A stretch of 64,000 bases of DNA from an uncultured Chloroflexia bacterium (lineage in GTDB: Bacteria; Chloroflexota; Limnocylindria; Limnocylindrales; CSP1-4). Location of the stretch: contig CAWHXD010000019.1 of NCBI GenBank assembly GCA_963833225.1, forward strand, positions 608,001-672,000, read 5' to 3'. The stretch's first letter is position 1. Each line of letters begins with the position of its first letter. Shown here in pieces: positions 19,407 to 29,605 of this stretch. Made by a program: the position numbers and the translations under genes. The notes under the pieces are model-generated. The model searched no databases. It was not told the origin of the DNA and saw nothing but the letters and a program-made list of their open reading frames with translations.

Positions 19407-20867
19407 CTACCGGGAATGCGGCAGGCGGCGCTCGTGTGACGTCCGGGGCGGAGGCTGGCCGATCTCGCTGAGGGCTCGTCGGTAGAGCATCGCCCCGTCG
19501 ACGCCGGCCTCCGGCGACTGCACCGTCCCGAGATCCGCCACGAGTCGAGACTCCAGGTCCGTGCCGGCCAGCCCATCGATGATCCGCACCGCCCGCGCCG
19601 CCGCACGCAGGACCTGCCGCGTCTCGATCCGGAGCGGGTCGCCCCAGAACCACCCACACGAGGCGAACATGCCCAGTCGCCAGCGCTGCGCGTCGAGCAC
19701 CCCCAGCAGCCGCCCTCGCTCCTCGGCTGACGCCCGCCCGCCAAGCACGTCGACCGCGAAGGCTTCCGGGGCCCGGGCACCGATCACCACGTCGACGTAG
19801 CGGTCGCGCGCGGACCAGATGCCGTCGCGGCCGGTGAGCCCGCGGGTGAACGTCTCGGTCACCGTGTCGATGCCGCCGGCGAGGCGGTCGAGGGCGGCCT
19901 TGAGCGGCGCCTTCCAGCGCCCGTCGACGGCGCACGGGCACTCGCCGGACCAGCGAAGCACACCGTGATGGCAGCTCCATGACGTGCGGTCGCGGATGTG
20001 GATCTCGGGATGCCGGCGGCCCTCTCGCTCCCGCGTCATGTCGGCCAGCGTGACCACGTCGTAGCCCCGGTTTGGCGCATCTTCGGAGTGGGCGACGAGG
20101 CGGTTGAGGAACAGGTCGCGGAACGACTGGTGGTGCCCGTACAGCTCACCGTCGCTGGCCAGCACGATCGTCGGCGCGCCCCCGTCGAGCAGTGACCCGG
20201 CCAGCCGCGGCAGCACTCGCTCGCGCGCGAAGCGGTCGGCATCCGCCGTCACGCCCGGGTCGAACGAGATCGAGGCCGACAGGTCGCCGTCGTAGAACAC
20301 CACCGCGACATGGCGACCGCCCCCCGTGTCGACGCGATAGGGGAGCCGGTTGTCGATGTGGGCCGTCTCGGCCTGCCAGGGGGCGAGGATGGTGGACTCC
20401 ACGCCGGCCTCGGCCATCAGCGCCAGCGTCGACAGGTCCACGGCGGTCTCCGGCAGCCACATGCCTCTCGCGGGCCGCCCGAACCGGAACTCGAAGTCCC
20501 GGAGGCCCCACAGGATCTCCGTCCGGCGGTCGTGGTGCGCCAGGAGCGGCAGGATCGAGTGATGGAAGGGCTGGGCGATCCCCGGACCGTTGACGGCGCC
20601 GCCGCCTCTGCGGTCCGCCTCGGCGAAGCCCGCGAGGACGTCGGGCTTGGCATCGGCGAGGTAACCGGTCAGCGTCGGTCCCAGGTTCCAGCTGGCGCGC
20701 TCGAGGGTGCCCAGCTCGGCATTCGGGCGATAGCACTCCTCGGTGATCCGCTCGTTCCAGTCCCGGAACGGCGCCGCGGACGGGTCCGGCGGCACGCGAC
20801 CCGTGAACGGGTCGGTCCGGAACGGCTGGTAGAAGTGCGCGTGGACGACCAGTCGGGGGCGGCTCAT
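19407..20867 (-). CDS. GH57 family glycoside hydrolase (DUF3536-type)
   Basis: VVHAHFYQP, DWNERITEECY, GMWLPETAV, DGELYGHH, SWSCHHGVLRW and MFASCGWFW motifs. Confidence 0.9.
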   Translation of the reverse strand: MSRPRLVVHAHFYQPFRTDPFTGRVPPDPSAAPFRDWNERITEECYRPNAELGTLERASWNLGPTLTGYLADAKPDVLAGFAEADRRGGGAVNGPGIAQPFHHSILPLLAHHDRRTEILWGLRDFEFRFGRPARGMWLPETAVDLSTLALMAEAGVESTILAPWQAETAHIDNRLPYRVDTGGGRHVAVVFYDGDLSASISFDPGVTADADRFARERVLPRLAGSLLDGGAPTIVLASDGELYGHHQSFRDLFLNRLVAHSEDAPNRGYDVVTLADMTREREGRRHPEIHIRDRTSWSCHHGVLRWSGECPCAVDGRWKAPLKAALDRLAGGIDTVTETFTRGLTGRDGIWSARDRYVDVVIGARAPEAFAVDVLGGRASAEERGRLLGVLDAQRWRLGMFASCGWFWGDPLRIETRQVLRAAARAVRIIDGLAGTDLESRLVADLGTVQSPEAGVDGAMLYRRALSEIGQPPPRTSHERRLPHSR

Positions 20868-20904
20868 GCCCGAGGTGCGAGCGCCGGGCCGCGCCCTTGA
20901 GGGA

Positions 20905-23052
20905 TCACGATCGAGCGCGTTCCTCCTCGGCCCGGTCCCGCGCCACGGCCACTCTCGAGGTGACGGCATACCGGCATGTGGCACCCGGCTCGATCCTGGC
21001 GGGCCAGGACAGGAGCAGGGTACTGCCCTGGTAGACGCGCTCGAAGCCAGATTCCGAGTTGCTGACGGTCTCGATGGGACTCCACCACGCGTCCGCGACG
21101 GGATCCGGCCGGGTCTCAACCGCGATCCCGATCCAGTCGTTGCCATACCCGATGGCATCCAGGTCGCGGGCTTGCCCGGATCCGTCGTGGGCGGAGCGGA
21201 TGCCGTGGACGTCGTACCACGCCGACGGGTTGCCGCCGCCGCCGAGCATGTGGAGGGAGAGCTCGAGGCCAAGCCGGGTCTCAACGGCGGTGTCGCCGCG
21301 GTGCCGCACCTCGAGCTCGACCACGAGCTCCGGGTCCAGGCGCCCGCCGCCCAGGCGGATCGTCTTGGAGATCGCCAGCGGCTGGCCTAGCGCGGTGCCG
21401 TTGCGCGAGAGCGAGACCTGGCCGGGCGCGAGATGGTCCACCAGCCAGTCGCCGTCGCGGAAGTCGCCCAGCTCGGCCGCTGAGGCCACGGCAACCGACT
21501 CCGGCGTGACATCGGGTGCCAGGAAGCGGACGAGACCGTTGCGCCGTTCGTGGTCGTCGTAGTGGAGATGGTCGGAGAGGCCTTCCTCCTTGACCATCAC
21601 GATGTCGTGGATCGACGCGGCACCCGTCCCGTCGACCGTCCCGTCGCCGGCTCGAGCCGCGTGCGCGCGCAATGTCTCGTGGTAGGCCTCCGGCCGACGG
21701 CGCAGCACCGACGCCAGCGCGTGCCGCGCGGCGCGCACGTCCCAGCTGCCGATCCCGGCACCCTCGGCGGGCTTGACGGTCACGACCTGGCCCGGCTCGG
21801 CGAGCCGCACCTCGTCCCGGCCGTCCATGTCCAGGTCCAGGCGCTCCGCCGAGCGGGCCATCCCCAGCATGGCGTCGGCGGCGTCCTCCGCGGCGATCAG
21901 GTGCTCGCACGTGGCCAGGCGCATGTGGCTGATGTAGATCCCGCCGAACAGGCCGTGCCAGTAGCAGTCGTTGGACTGGCCGCGATGGAGGTGGTCGACG
22001 GCAGCGGTCCGCTCAGGACCGGCCGGCATCGCCGCCACCTTGGCCGACGTGCGCAGCATCTGCTTGTGGAGGTCGTTGATCTCCCGGTACCGGACCTGGA
22101 AGTTGCGCCAGAACCCGCCGCGCAGCCAGCGCGCCGCCGGATCGTGGTTCGCCCGGGCGTCGTGGAGCAGCCGCGTGAACACCACCGCCTCGTCCGCGGG
22201 AAGCGCCCATCCGCCCATCTCGGAATAGGAGCTGGTGGGCAGGTAGGCCCGGCCGATCGGTGGCTCACGTTCGAGCCACTGCGACGGCGTGACGGTCGAC
22301 AGCCAGTCCTCGTTGGCCTCGAGGGCCGTGAAGAACCGCTCGACCCAGCGTCCCTCACCCCAGCAATGCGCGTGGGTGGTGGGCCAGGCGCCGAACTTCT
22401 CGCCGTCGTCGCCCATCGTCCCCACCCGCTTCCCGTCCTCGGTTGCGTGGACGCGGAGATAGTCGATCACGTCCTCCACGCCGCCGAAGGGGATCCGGTA
22501 GCGGAGGCCCTGCTCGGTCCCGAAGACGGTCAGCAGGTTGCCCTGGTCCTCCGTGGTGTAGGCACCCCAGAGGTTCTCCTCCGGGATCGCGGCGGCCCGG
22601 AAGTGCTGGTCGTCCAGGATCGTCCAGCGGTAGCCGGCGCTCGTCAGCGCGGTCGGCAGGTCGGGCTCCCAGACCCGCTCCGCGAGCCATGCGCCCTGCG
22701 GCCGGCGGCCCGTGATCGCCTCCACCGTCGCCGTCATCCGGTTCAGCTGGTCGATGCGGTCGCGTTCATGGAGCGAGGCCAGGATCGGTTCGTAGAGGCC
22801 GCCGCCCAGCAGCTCCACCTGGTCGCGCGCCACCAGGGTCGCCAGTCTGGCCAGGAACTCCGGCCGCTCCGCCCCCAGCCACTCCAGCAGCGGCCCGGTG
22901 TAGTGAAGCGACAGGCGGACCCCCGGATGGCGCTCCAGCGCCTCGAGCATCGGCAGGTAGGCGCGGGCGTAGACCTCCGCGAACACCCACCCGAAGTTGC
23001 CCACGGGCTGGTGATTGTGGATCGCCAGCGCCAGCGAGATGCGGGGAGCCAA
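20905..23052 (-). CDS. GH57 alpha-amylase/4-alpha-glucanotransferase
   Basis: IHNHQPVGNF, GAWLAERVWEP, GDDGEKFGAWP and QSNDCYWHGLFGG motifs. Confidence 0.92.
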   Translation of the reverse strand: MAPRISLALAIHNHQPVGNFGWVFAEVYARAYLPMLEALERHPGVRLSLHYTGPLLEWLGAERPEFLARLATLVARDQVELLGGGLYEPILASLHERDRIDQLNRMTATVEAITGRRPQGAWLAERVWEPDLPTALTSAGYRWTILDDQHFRAAAIPEENLWGAYTTEDQGNLLTVFGTEQGLRYRIPFGGVEDVIDYLRVHATEDGKRVGTMGDDGEKFGAWPTTHAHCWGEGRWVERFFTALEANEDWLSTVTPSQWLEREPPIGRAYLPTSSYSEMGGWALPADEAVVFTRLLHDARANHDPAARWLRGGFWRNFQVRYREINDLHKQMLRTSAKVAAMPAGPERTAAVDHLHRGQSNDCYWHGLFGGIYISHMRLATCEHLIAAEDAADAMLGMARSAERLDLDMDGRDEVRLAEPGQVVTVKPAEGAGIGSWDVRAARHALASVLRRRPEAYHETLRAHAARAGDGTVDGTGAASIHDIVMVKEEGLSDHLHYDDHERRNGLVRFLAPDVTPESVAVASAAELGDFRDGDWLVDHLAPGQVSLSRNGTALGQPLAISKTIRLGGGRLDPELVVELEVRHRGDTAVETRLGLELSLHMLGGGGNPSAWYDVHGIRSAHDGSGQARDLDAIGYGNDWIGIAVETRPDPVADAWWSPIETVSNSESGFERVYQGSTLLLSWPARIEPGATCRYAVTSRVAVARDRAEEERARS

Positions 23053-23108
23053 GAATGCGGTCCTCTGTGTGACGGGAGGGGCGTGCCGTGCCGTGCCGCT
23101 GGGCGCGG

Positions 23109-25295
23109 CTAGGGCTTGGCCGCAACCCGGTCCGGGGTGTCGCCGCCCGCTGCCGGCAGGTACAGCTGCTCCACGTACTCGTGGAGCATCCGGGTCGAGG
23201 AGAAGCGCCAGATCGCGCCCGCGATGGAGTTGCGCATCAGCTGCGCCCAGTGGGTCGGCAGCCCGTCGGCGTCGCGCTCGTAGTACGCGGGCACGAGCTC
23301 CTCCTCCAGGATCCGGTAGAGGTCCTGCGCATCGGCCCAGTCCTGTGCACCCTCATCCGGGTTGGTCTCGCGCCCGCCGATGGCCCAGCCGTTGTCACCG
23401 ACGAAACCCTCATCCCACCAGCCGTCGAGCACGCTCACGTTGAGCACGCCGTTGGCGGCGGCCTTCATCCCGGAGGTGCCGGATGCCTCGAGCGGGCGGC
23501 GCGGGTTGTTGAGCCAGACGTCCACGCCCTGGACCAGGAAGCGGGCGATCCGGATGTCGTAGTCCTCGAGGATGAACACGCGACCGCGCAGCTTGGGGCT
23601 GCGGGAGCGCTCGAAGATGTCCTGGATCACGCCCTGTCCCGGCCTGTCCGCCGGGTGGGCCTTGCCGGCGAACACGATCTGGACCGGCCGCTCCGCGTCC
23701 CAGATGAGCCGGGCCAGGCGATCGAGGTCGCTGAACAGCAGCGCGGCCCGCTTGTAGGTGGCGAACCGGCGCGCGAACCCGATGGTCAGGATCCCCGGGT
23801 CGAGGACCTCCTCGAGCTCCTCGAGGGTCGCCGGCGCCTCCCCGTGACGGGCGAACTGGTTGCGCAGCCGGCCACGCGCGAAGATCGCGAAGTCCAGCTT
23901 CTGGCGCTGGTGGGCCTCCCACAGCTCCGCCGTGGGGATCTCGCCCGTGCGCTCCCAGAAGCGGCGTGCCTCGGGCTCGTCGTCCATGGCGTCGAGGGTG
24001 GCGTCCGTGTAGTGGTCCAGCACGTCCCGCATCGGCTGGCCGACCCACGTCGGGGTGTGGATGCCGTTCGTGACGCCCAGGATCTCGCGGGGGGTCACGC
24101 CATACCAGGTGCCGTTGGCGGTGTGCGCGTGGAGCTGGGAGACGGCGTTCGCGCCGTTGGTCAGCCGCAGCGAGAACGCCGTGAGGTCGAACTGGCCACT
24201 GTCGCCGTCCACGCCGAGGCCCAGCTCCAGCAGCCGGTCCATGGGGATGCCGCCGGTGCCCGGCCGGCCATCACCGTCGAACAGCGGTCCGGCCACCCGG
24301 CGGACGAGCGCCGTGTTGAATCGCTCGTTGCCGGCCGCGACCGGCGTGTGGATGGTGAACACGCTGTTGCGCCGGACCGTCGCCCAGGCCTCCTCGAGCG
24401 TCGCGCCGTCGGCGACCTGCTCTCGCGCCCGCTCCGCGAGGAGCAGCGCGGAGTGGCCCTCGTTGAGGTGCCAGGCGGCGGGGGTCAGCTCCAGCGCCCG
24501 CAGCGCGCGCACGCCGCCGACGCCCAGGAGCAGCTCCTGGTGGAGCCGCATCTCGCGACCGCGCACGTACAGGATGTGGGTGATCGGCCGGTCCGAGTCA
24601 TCGTTGTCCGGCAGGTCCGTGTCCAGCAGGAGGACTGGCACCCGGCCGACCTGTGCCAGCCACACGGCCGCGAACAGCTCCCTGCCCGGAAGCTGAACGC
24701 TGATGGTGAGCGGACGTCCGAGCCTGTCCAGCACGCGCATGATCGGCAGCCGGTTGAGCTCGTAGTCCGGGTACGCGTGCTCCTGGTGGCCATCCGCGTC
24801 GATGGTCTGGCGGAAGAACCCACGGCGGTACATGAGGCCCACGCCCACGAGTGGCAGCGCCATGTCCGAGGCCGCCTTCATGTGATCGCCAGCCAGGACG
24901 CCCAGGCCACCCGAGTAGATGCCCAGCGACTCTTGGAAGCCGTACTCGGCGCAGAAGTAGGCGATCGGGCCGGAGAGAGCGTCCGCGTGGTTGCGTTGGA
25001 ACCAGTGATCCGCGCCGTTGGCCATGTACGCGTCGAACTCCCGGAGGATGTCCTCGTACTCGGCCATGAACCGGGAGTTGTCCAGCAGCTGCGACCAGTT
25101 CACCTCACCCGCAAGCACGGGGATCGGATTCCGGTAGCGGGCCCAGCCGCCGGGATCGATCCGCGAGAACAGGACCCGCGCTCTTGGGTGCCAGCTCCAC
25201 CACAGGTTGTAGGCGAGGCGGCGCAGGCCCTCGAGCCTCGGCGGCAGGGAGAACGCGGCACCGGGTGCGGACGGGATCTCGACGAGGGGTTCCAT
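23109..25295 (-). CDS. glgP: Alpha-glucan (glycogen) phosphorylase
   Basis: YSGGLGVLAGD, HLNEGH, FARRFATYKRA and EASGTSGMK (PLP-binding Lys). Confidence 0.96.
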   Translation of the reverse strand: MEPLVEIPSAPGAAFSLPPRLEGLRRLAYNLWWSWHPRARVLFSRIDPGGWARYRNPIPVLAGEVNWSQLLDNSRFMAEYEDILREFDAYMANGADHWFQRNHADALSGPIAYFCAEYGFQESLGIYSGGLGVLAGDHMKAASDMALPLVGVGLMYRRGFFRQTIDADGHQEHAYPDYELNRLPIMRVLDRLGRPLTISVQLPGRELFAAVWLAQVGRVPVLLLDTDLPDNDDSDRPITHILYVRGREMRLHQELLLGVGGVRALRALELTPAAWHLNEGHSALLLAERAREQVADGATLEEAWATVRRNSVFTIHTPVAAGNERFNTALVRRVAGPLFDGDGRPGTGGIPMDRLLELGLGVDGDSGQFDLTAFSLRLTNGANAVSQLHAHTANGTWYGVTPREILGVTNGIHTPTWVGQPMRDVLDHYTDATLDAMDDEPEARRFWERTGEIPTAELWEAHQRQKLDFAIFARGRLRNQFARHGEAPATLEELEEVLDPGILTIGFARRFATYKRAALLFSDLDRLARLIWDAERPVQIVFAGKAHPADRPGQGVIQDIFERSRSPKLRGRVFILEDYDIRIARFLVQGVDVWLNNPRRPLEASGTSGMKAAANGVLNVSVLDGWWDEGFVGDNGWAIGGRETNPDEGAQDWADAQDLYRILEEELVPAYYERDADGLPTHWAQLMRNSIAGAIWRFSSTRMLHEYVEQLYLPAAGGDTPDRVAAKP

Positions 25296-25490
25296 GAGCG
25301 GGACATGATAGTCGGCATGCCGTGTCCTGTGGACCGGTTTGACCGCGTGGCGGTCGTGGGGCCGGGCACCCGCCAGCCTGCGGCCCGAGCAAGCCCGAGG
25401 CGAACAACCGGACCGGCGTCACTCGCCTGCGCGTAGAATCGCGTCCTCGTCCCGCTCCTAGCCCGCGGCACCCGCCGCCCGGAGGCACCG

Positions 25491-25877
25491 ATGCCCAGGC
25501 AATTCGTCGTCCAGGTCGATAACAAGCCCGGTGAGATGGCCAGGCTCGCCGAGCACATGGCCGCAGCTGGCGTCGACCTGCGCGCGATCGGCGGCGGTGG
25601 GCTCGGCGACTTCGGGCACTTCATCATGACGACGGCCGACGATGACACCGCCCGAGCCGTGCTCCAGGATGGCGCCTGGGTGTTCTACGAAGGCGAGTCG
25701 CTGCTGGCCGAGGTGGACGACCGTCCGGGCGGGATGGCACGGATCGCCCGCGAGCTCGCGGACGCCGGCGTCAATGTGCTCGGTCACCTGTTCATCGGCC
25801 GCTGGAGCGATCGGGCGACGTTCGCGTTCGTCGTGGACGATCCCGAGAAGGCACGCCCGATCCTCGAGCGCCGCTGA
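25491..25877 (+). CDS. Tandem ACT-domain protein
   Basis: VDNKPGEMARLAEHMAAAGVDL and VDDRPGGMARIARELADAGVNV repeats; GGAGG RBS. Confidence 0.88.
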   Translation: MPRQFVVQVDNKPGEMARLAEHMAAAGVDLRAIGGGGLGDFGHFIMTTADDDTARAVLQDGAWVFYEGESLLAEVDDRPGGMARIARELADAGVNVLGHLFIGRWSDRATFAFVVDDPEKARPILERR

Positions 25878-26024
25878 CGGCCGCGGACCCGGCCCTTTGG
25901 CGCCGGGTGGTGCGCTGCCGCACCGGAACAGGACCTTGGTGGGGTGGCCAGAACCCGTACACATGGGGCATGCTGGAGTCCGACGGCACGACCTCGCCGC
26001 CCGCAACCCGGAGATTCCCTGCCC

Positions 26025-26909
26025 GTGCGCCGATCGATCCCGCTTTTCGCCGCCCTCCTGATGGCCGTGGTCCTGGCCGCCCCCGCGCAGGCCGCAACGG
26101 TTCACCGAACCTTCACTGCCAAGGTTGCCAGCGGTGGCACCAGCGGCACCGCCGCGATCACGGCCTTCACGGACGGCTCGGGCCACCTGACCTATGCCCT
26201 CAAGAAGTTCCGCAAGAGCGCCACCTACAAGGTGGAGATCCGCAACGGCAAGTGCGGCCATCTGGGCAAGGTCGTGACGCACCTCGCCAAGTTCAAGACG
26301 TCCTCAAGGGGCACCTACTCCACCAGCCGCTCGCTCTCGGTCAACAAGATGTTCACGATCTGGGAGGCCAACTGGTCGCACAAGCTGGCCATCCGGTTCG
26401 TCTCCGGCGGCAGCGTCCGCTGCGGGAACCTCAACTTCCCGCACGCGACGCGCGTCCGGATCACCAAGCAGGGCGTGCTCAATCACGGCATCGACCTCGC
26501 CGTGGTGCGCGGCCCGAACGGCTACCCGTACTGCAACGTGGCGATGTACCAGGGGGCGCTCAACCAGCCCACGGAGCCCGGCGTCTCGTTCATCTTCGCC
26601 CATGCGCGGAAGGGCATGTTCCTGCCGTTGCTTGACCAGTGGCTGAAGAACCGCGGCGCGGACCTGGTCGGCATGCGCGTCAGCGTGTACACCTCGGACA
26701 ACATGAAGTACACGTATGTCATCGACAAGGCCTGGAAGTCCAAGACGCTCAACGGCGCTTACAAGACCGACGAGAAGCTCTGGCTCCAGACGTCGACCGG
26801 CCCCAACTACACGTATCCCAAGCTGTTCCTCGAGGCGAGCCGGGTGAGCGGCGTGGCCGTCCCCTGGTCCGAGGCGCACCCCGCGGCGCACAAGGTCAAG
26901 TGCGGGTGA
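26025..26909 (+). CDS. Secreted protein with C-terminal sortase-fold domain (Ser at the catalytic Cys position)
   Basis: Signal peptide ending PAQA; PGVSFIFAHAR and KLWLQTSTGP resemble sortase His and TLxTC motifs. Confidence 0.7.
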   Translation: MRRSIPLFAALLMAVVLAAPAQAATVHRTFTAKVASGGTSGTAAITAFTDGSGHLTYALKKFRKSATYKVEIRNGKCGHLGKVVTHLAKFKTSSRGTYSTSRSLSVNKMFTIWEANWSHKLAIRFVSGGSVRCGNLNFPHATRVRITKQGVLNHGIDLAVVRGPNGYPYCNVAMYQGALNQPTEPGVSFIFAHARKGMFLPLLDQWLKNRGADLVGMRVSVYTSDNMKYTYVIDKAWKSKTLNGAYKTDEKLWLQTSTGPNYTYPKLFLEASRVSGVAVPWSEAHPAAHKVKCG

Positions 26910-26935
26910 CCCACCGCGCCACCTGACACCGGCTT

Positions 26936-27823
26936 ATGCGCGTCGGGATCATCGTTCCCCAGGGTTGGACCGGGGAGTATGACGCCTGGGACGCGGCCCG
27001 AGCGTGGGCGCGCACCGTGGCGGTGGCGCACGAGGCTGAGACCCTCGGGTTCGATTCTCTCTGGATGTTCGATCACCTCCAGACCGAGCCGGTCCCCACC
27101 GACGAGATCACCTTCGAGGCCTTCACCGGGATCAGCGCCCTGGCGGTGGAGACCGCTCGCGTGCGCCTCGGTCATCTCGTCCTGTGCGCCGGCTACCGCA
27201 ACCCGGCCCTGGTGGCCAAGATGATCTCCACGCTCGATGTCGTCTCCGGCGGCCGCGCGGAGCTTGGGCTCGGCGCCGGCTGGAAGGAGGACGAGTTCGC
27301 CGCCTACGGCTTTGGCTTCCCGCCCCTCCGTGACCGGATGGCCCTGCTCGAGGACTCGCTGGAGATCGTCTCCCGAATGCTGGCCGCCGGGCGTTCCACG
27401 TACGCCGGCCCGATGGCGTCCGTGCAGGAGGCGATCAACGTCCCGCGCGGGCTCCAGGAGCCGCGGGTCCCGATCATGGTCGGCGGCAACGGGCCCAACC
27501 GCACCTGGCGGCTCGCTGCTCGGTTCGCCGACGAGCTCAATCTCGACTGGTTCAGCCCCGAGGAGCTCACCGCGAACCGGCCGGTCATCGAGTCTCGCTG
27601 CGAGGAGATCGGGCGGGACCCGGCGACCCTGCGGCTCTCGGTCAACATCGGGCGGTCCGACTCAGCACCCGAGGGGGCGGCACGGGTCGATCTGCTGCGG
27701 CGATATCGGGAGGCCGGCGCGGACCGGGTCATGACGCTGATCCGTGCGTGTGCCACGGACGATGGAGCGCTCGAGCGGTTTGCCGAGGACTGCCACGCGG
27801 CGGGCTGCGAGCTGGACGCGTAG
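26936..27823 (+). CDS. LLM-class F420-dependent oxidoreductase
   Basis: GFDSLWMFDH, RVRLGHLVLCAGYRNPALVAKM, LDVVSGGRAELGLGAGW and PIMVGGNG motifs. Confidence 0.9.
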   Translation: MRVGIIVPQGWTGEYDAWDAARAWARTVAVAHEAETLGFDSLWMFDHLQTEPVPTDEITFEAFTGISALAVETARVRLGHLVLCAGYRNPALVAKMISTLDVVSGGRAELGLGAGWKEDEFAAYGFGFPPLRDRMALLEDSLEIVSRMLAAGRSTYAGPMASVQEAINVPRGLQEPRVPIMVGGNGPNRTWRLAARFADELNLDWFSPEELTANRPVIESRCEEIGRDPATLRLSVNIGRSDSAPEGAARVDLLRRYREAGADRVMTLIRACATDDGALERFAEDCHAAGCELDA

Positions 27824-27834
27824 CCGCCGCGGTC

Positions 27835-28680
27835 TCAGGGGGCGTCGAAGGTGTAGGCGTCCACATCCCGGACCGGGTCGTAGCCGATCTCCTGGTAGAT
27901 GTGGTTCGAGGTGGGGTTGGCGAGGTCCGTGAACAGGAAGCAGAAGCGGCGCCCGGCATCCAGCTCCGCCTGGCTCACGGCGGCCACGAGGGCGCTGGCG
28001 TAGCCCCTGCGGCGGGCCTCGGGGGGCGTGTAGACCGGCCCGATCCGGATCCCGTTCGGCGTCGGGCCCCCGACACCCGCGAGCGACGTGGCCTCGCCGT
28101 CGATCCACAGGTAGAGCGTCCGCTCCGACCCGGACATCCAGCGGTCGGCGGTCGACTCGACCTCGGCCGGGTCCGCCTCGCCGAACGCGTCCAGGATGAA
28201 GCCCTCGGTCCAGGCGACGACGAGGTCGCGATCCTCGGGCGTGGCGACACGCACGCCACCTGGCACCGGGCGCGGCGGCCGGACCGCCGTGAGCCGGTAG
28301 ATCCGCTCGGACACGGCGAGGCGTGCCGGCGGGCCACCGGTCGCGGTCCATGCGTCGGCAAAGGCCCGCGCGTGCTCGGACGGACCAAGGACGCCGGACA
28401 GGCCCCGCTGCCGCGAATCCGCGACGAGATGATCGATGGCGCGTGGGTCGTCGATCTCCGACAGGATGAGCCGGTGCGGCCGCGTCTGGAGTGCCGCGGC
28501 CACGACACGACCCCCGTCGGTCACCGCCGCGAGGTAGGGCGGACCGGCGTACATCCCCGGTGTCGTGCGCAGGCTGGAGCAGATGCCGAAGATCAGGTTG
28601 TGCTCGGCCTCGCGTTCGCCGAGGAAGTCGCCGGCCGCGTCCAGGAATTCCCCGACGTCGGCGAATCGCCGAAGCTCCAT
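27835..28680 (-). CDS. GNAT family N-acetyltransferase
   Basis: RIGPVYTPPEARRRGYASAL and FLFTDLANPTSNHIYQEIGY. Confidence 0.92.
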   Translation of the reverse strand: MELRRFADVGEFLDAAGDFLGEREAEHNLIFGICSSLRTTPGMYAGPPYLAAVTDGGRVVAAALQTRPHRLILSEIDDPRAIDHLVADSRQRGLSGVLGPSEHARAFADAWTATGGPPARLAVSERIYRLTAVRPPRPVPGGVRVATPEDRDLVVAWTEGFILDAFGEADPAEVESTADRWMSGSERTLYLWIDGEATSLAGVGGPTPNGIRIGPVYTPPEARRRGYASALVAAVSQAELDAGRRFCFLFTDLANPTSNHIYQEIGYDPVRDVDAYTFDAP

Positions 28681-28803
28681 GCCGCTCCTCCCCTGGGAAT
28701 CGAGCCCGGAGTATGGCATTGACGGCCGGGCGGCTCGGCGGGATGCGCCTGCCGACGCGCGGCACGGCCGGGTCCGGGACCTGCATGGTACGGTTTCGGC
28801 CAC

Positions 28804-28879
28804 GCGGGAGTAGCTCAGCTGGCAGAGCGGCAGCCTTCCAAGCTGCATGTCGCGGGTTCGATCCCCGTCTCCCGCTCCA
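28804..28879 (+). tRNA. tRNA-Gly (anticodon TCC)
   Basis: 76-nt cloverleaf: acceptor GCGGGAG/CTCCCGC, anticodon arm GCAGC-CTTCCAA-GCTGC, GGTTCGATCC T-arm, encoded CCA. Confidence 0.97.
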
Positions 28880-28914
28880 TTCCCTCCCTTGGACGCACGT
28901 TGCGGACGAACGCG

Positions 28915-28941
28915 GACCCGGCCGGAAGGCCCGGCCGGGTC
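28915..28941. terminator. Stem-loop downstream of the tRNA and the convergent lipoprotein gene
   Basis: GACCCGGCCGG-aaggc-CCGGCCGGGTC, 11-bp perfect stem. Confidence 0.55.
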
Positions 28942-28969
28942 GTGGTTGGATCGCCGAGGTTTCGTCGGA

Positions 28970-29536
28970 CTACGGGCCGGCGACCGACAGCTGCACGGCT
29001 GGATGCCCTGCCGGCGTCACGCACATGACCTGGTAGCCGCCGACGGCGTAGTCGACGAGGTCCTTGCCCAGCTTCACGCTCTCGATCTTGTAGAGGAGCG
29101 TGCTGGCTGCCTGGACCCAGCCAAGAGTCGGCTGGTACACCCAGTCGGGAGCGTCGGTTGTCACGTCGCCATCGTCGTTCGCGAGCACTTCGACGAGATC
29201 TTCGTAGGTCGTTCCCGGCTTGACGCCATAGATCCAGAGATACGAACCCGAGACCGCCTTCTCAGGCGCGAACTCCATCTGCAGCATGGTGCCGTCGAGG
29301 ATCACTGACGGCCCGAGGTAGGTGCATGTCTCGCCGTCGAAGGTGACCTTGACCTTGAGCACCGACGTCGTCGCGGTTGGCGCCGGAGCCTCCGGTGGTT
29401 GGGTGCTGGGCGACGGCGCCGGGGCCTCCGGTGGTTGGGCGTTGGGCCCGGCGGTCGCCGACGGGTTCGCGCCGGACGTGCAGGCGGCCAGCACCACCGA
29501 GAGAAGCGCTGTGAGGAGATACCTGGTGCGCATCAT
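28970..29536 (-). CDS. Hypothetical lipoprotein with Pro-rich duplicated linker
   Basis: MMRTRYLLTALLSVVLAA-C lipobox; QPPEAPAP x2; beta-rich C-terminal domain with two Cys. Confidence 0.8.
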   Translation of the reverse strand: MMRTRYLLTALLSVVLAACTSGANPSATAGPNAQPPEAPAPSPSTQPPEAPAPTATTSVLKVKVTFDGETCTYLGPSVILDGTMLQMEFAPEKAVSGSYLWIYGVKPGTTYEDLVEVLANDDGDVTTDAPDWVYQPTLGWVQAASTLLYKIESVKLGKDLVDYAVGGYQVMCVTPAGHPAVQLSVAGP

Positions 29537-29605
29537 GGGGCCTCTTCCCGACTCGCCATCCGGGCCCCTGGTGGCCGGATCGGCGTCGCCACGATGCGAT
29601 CTGCC

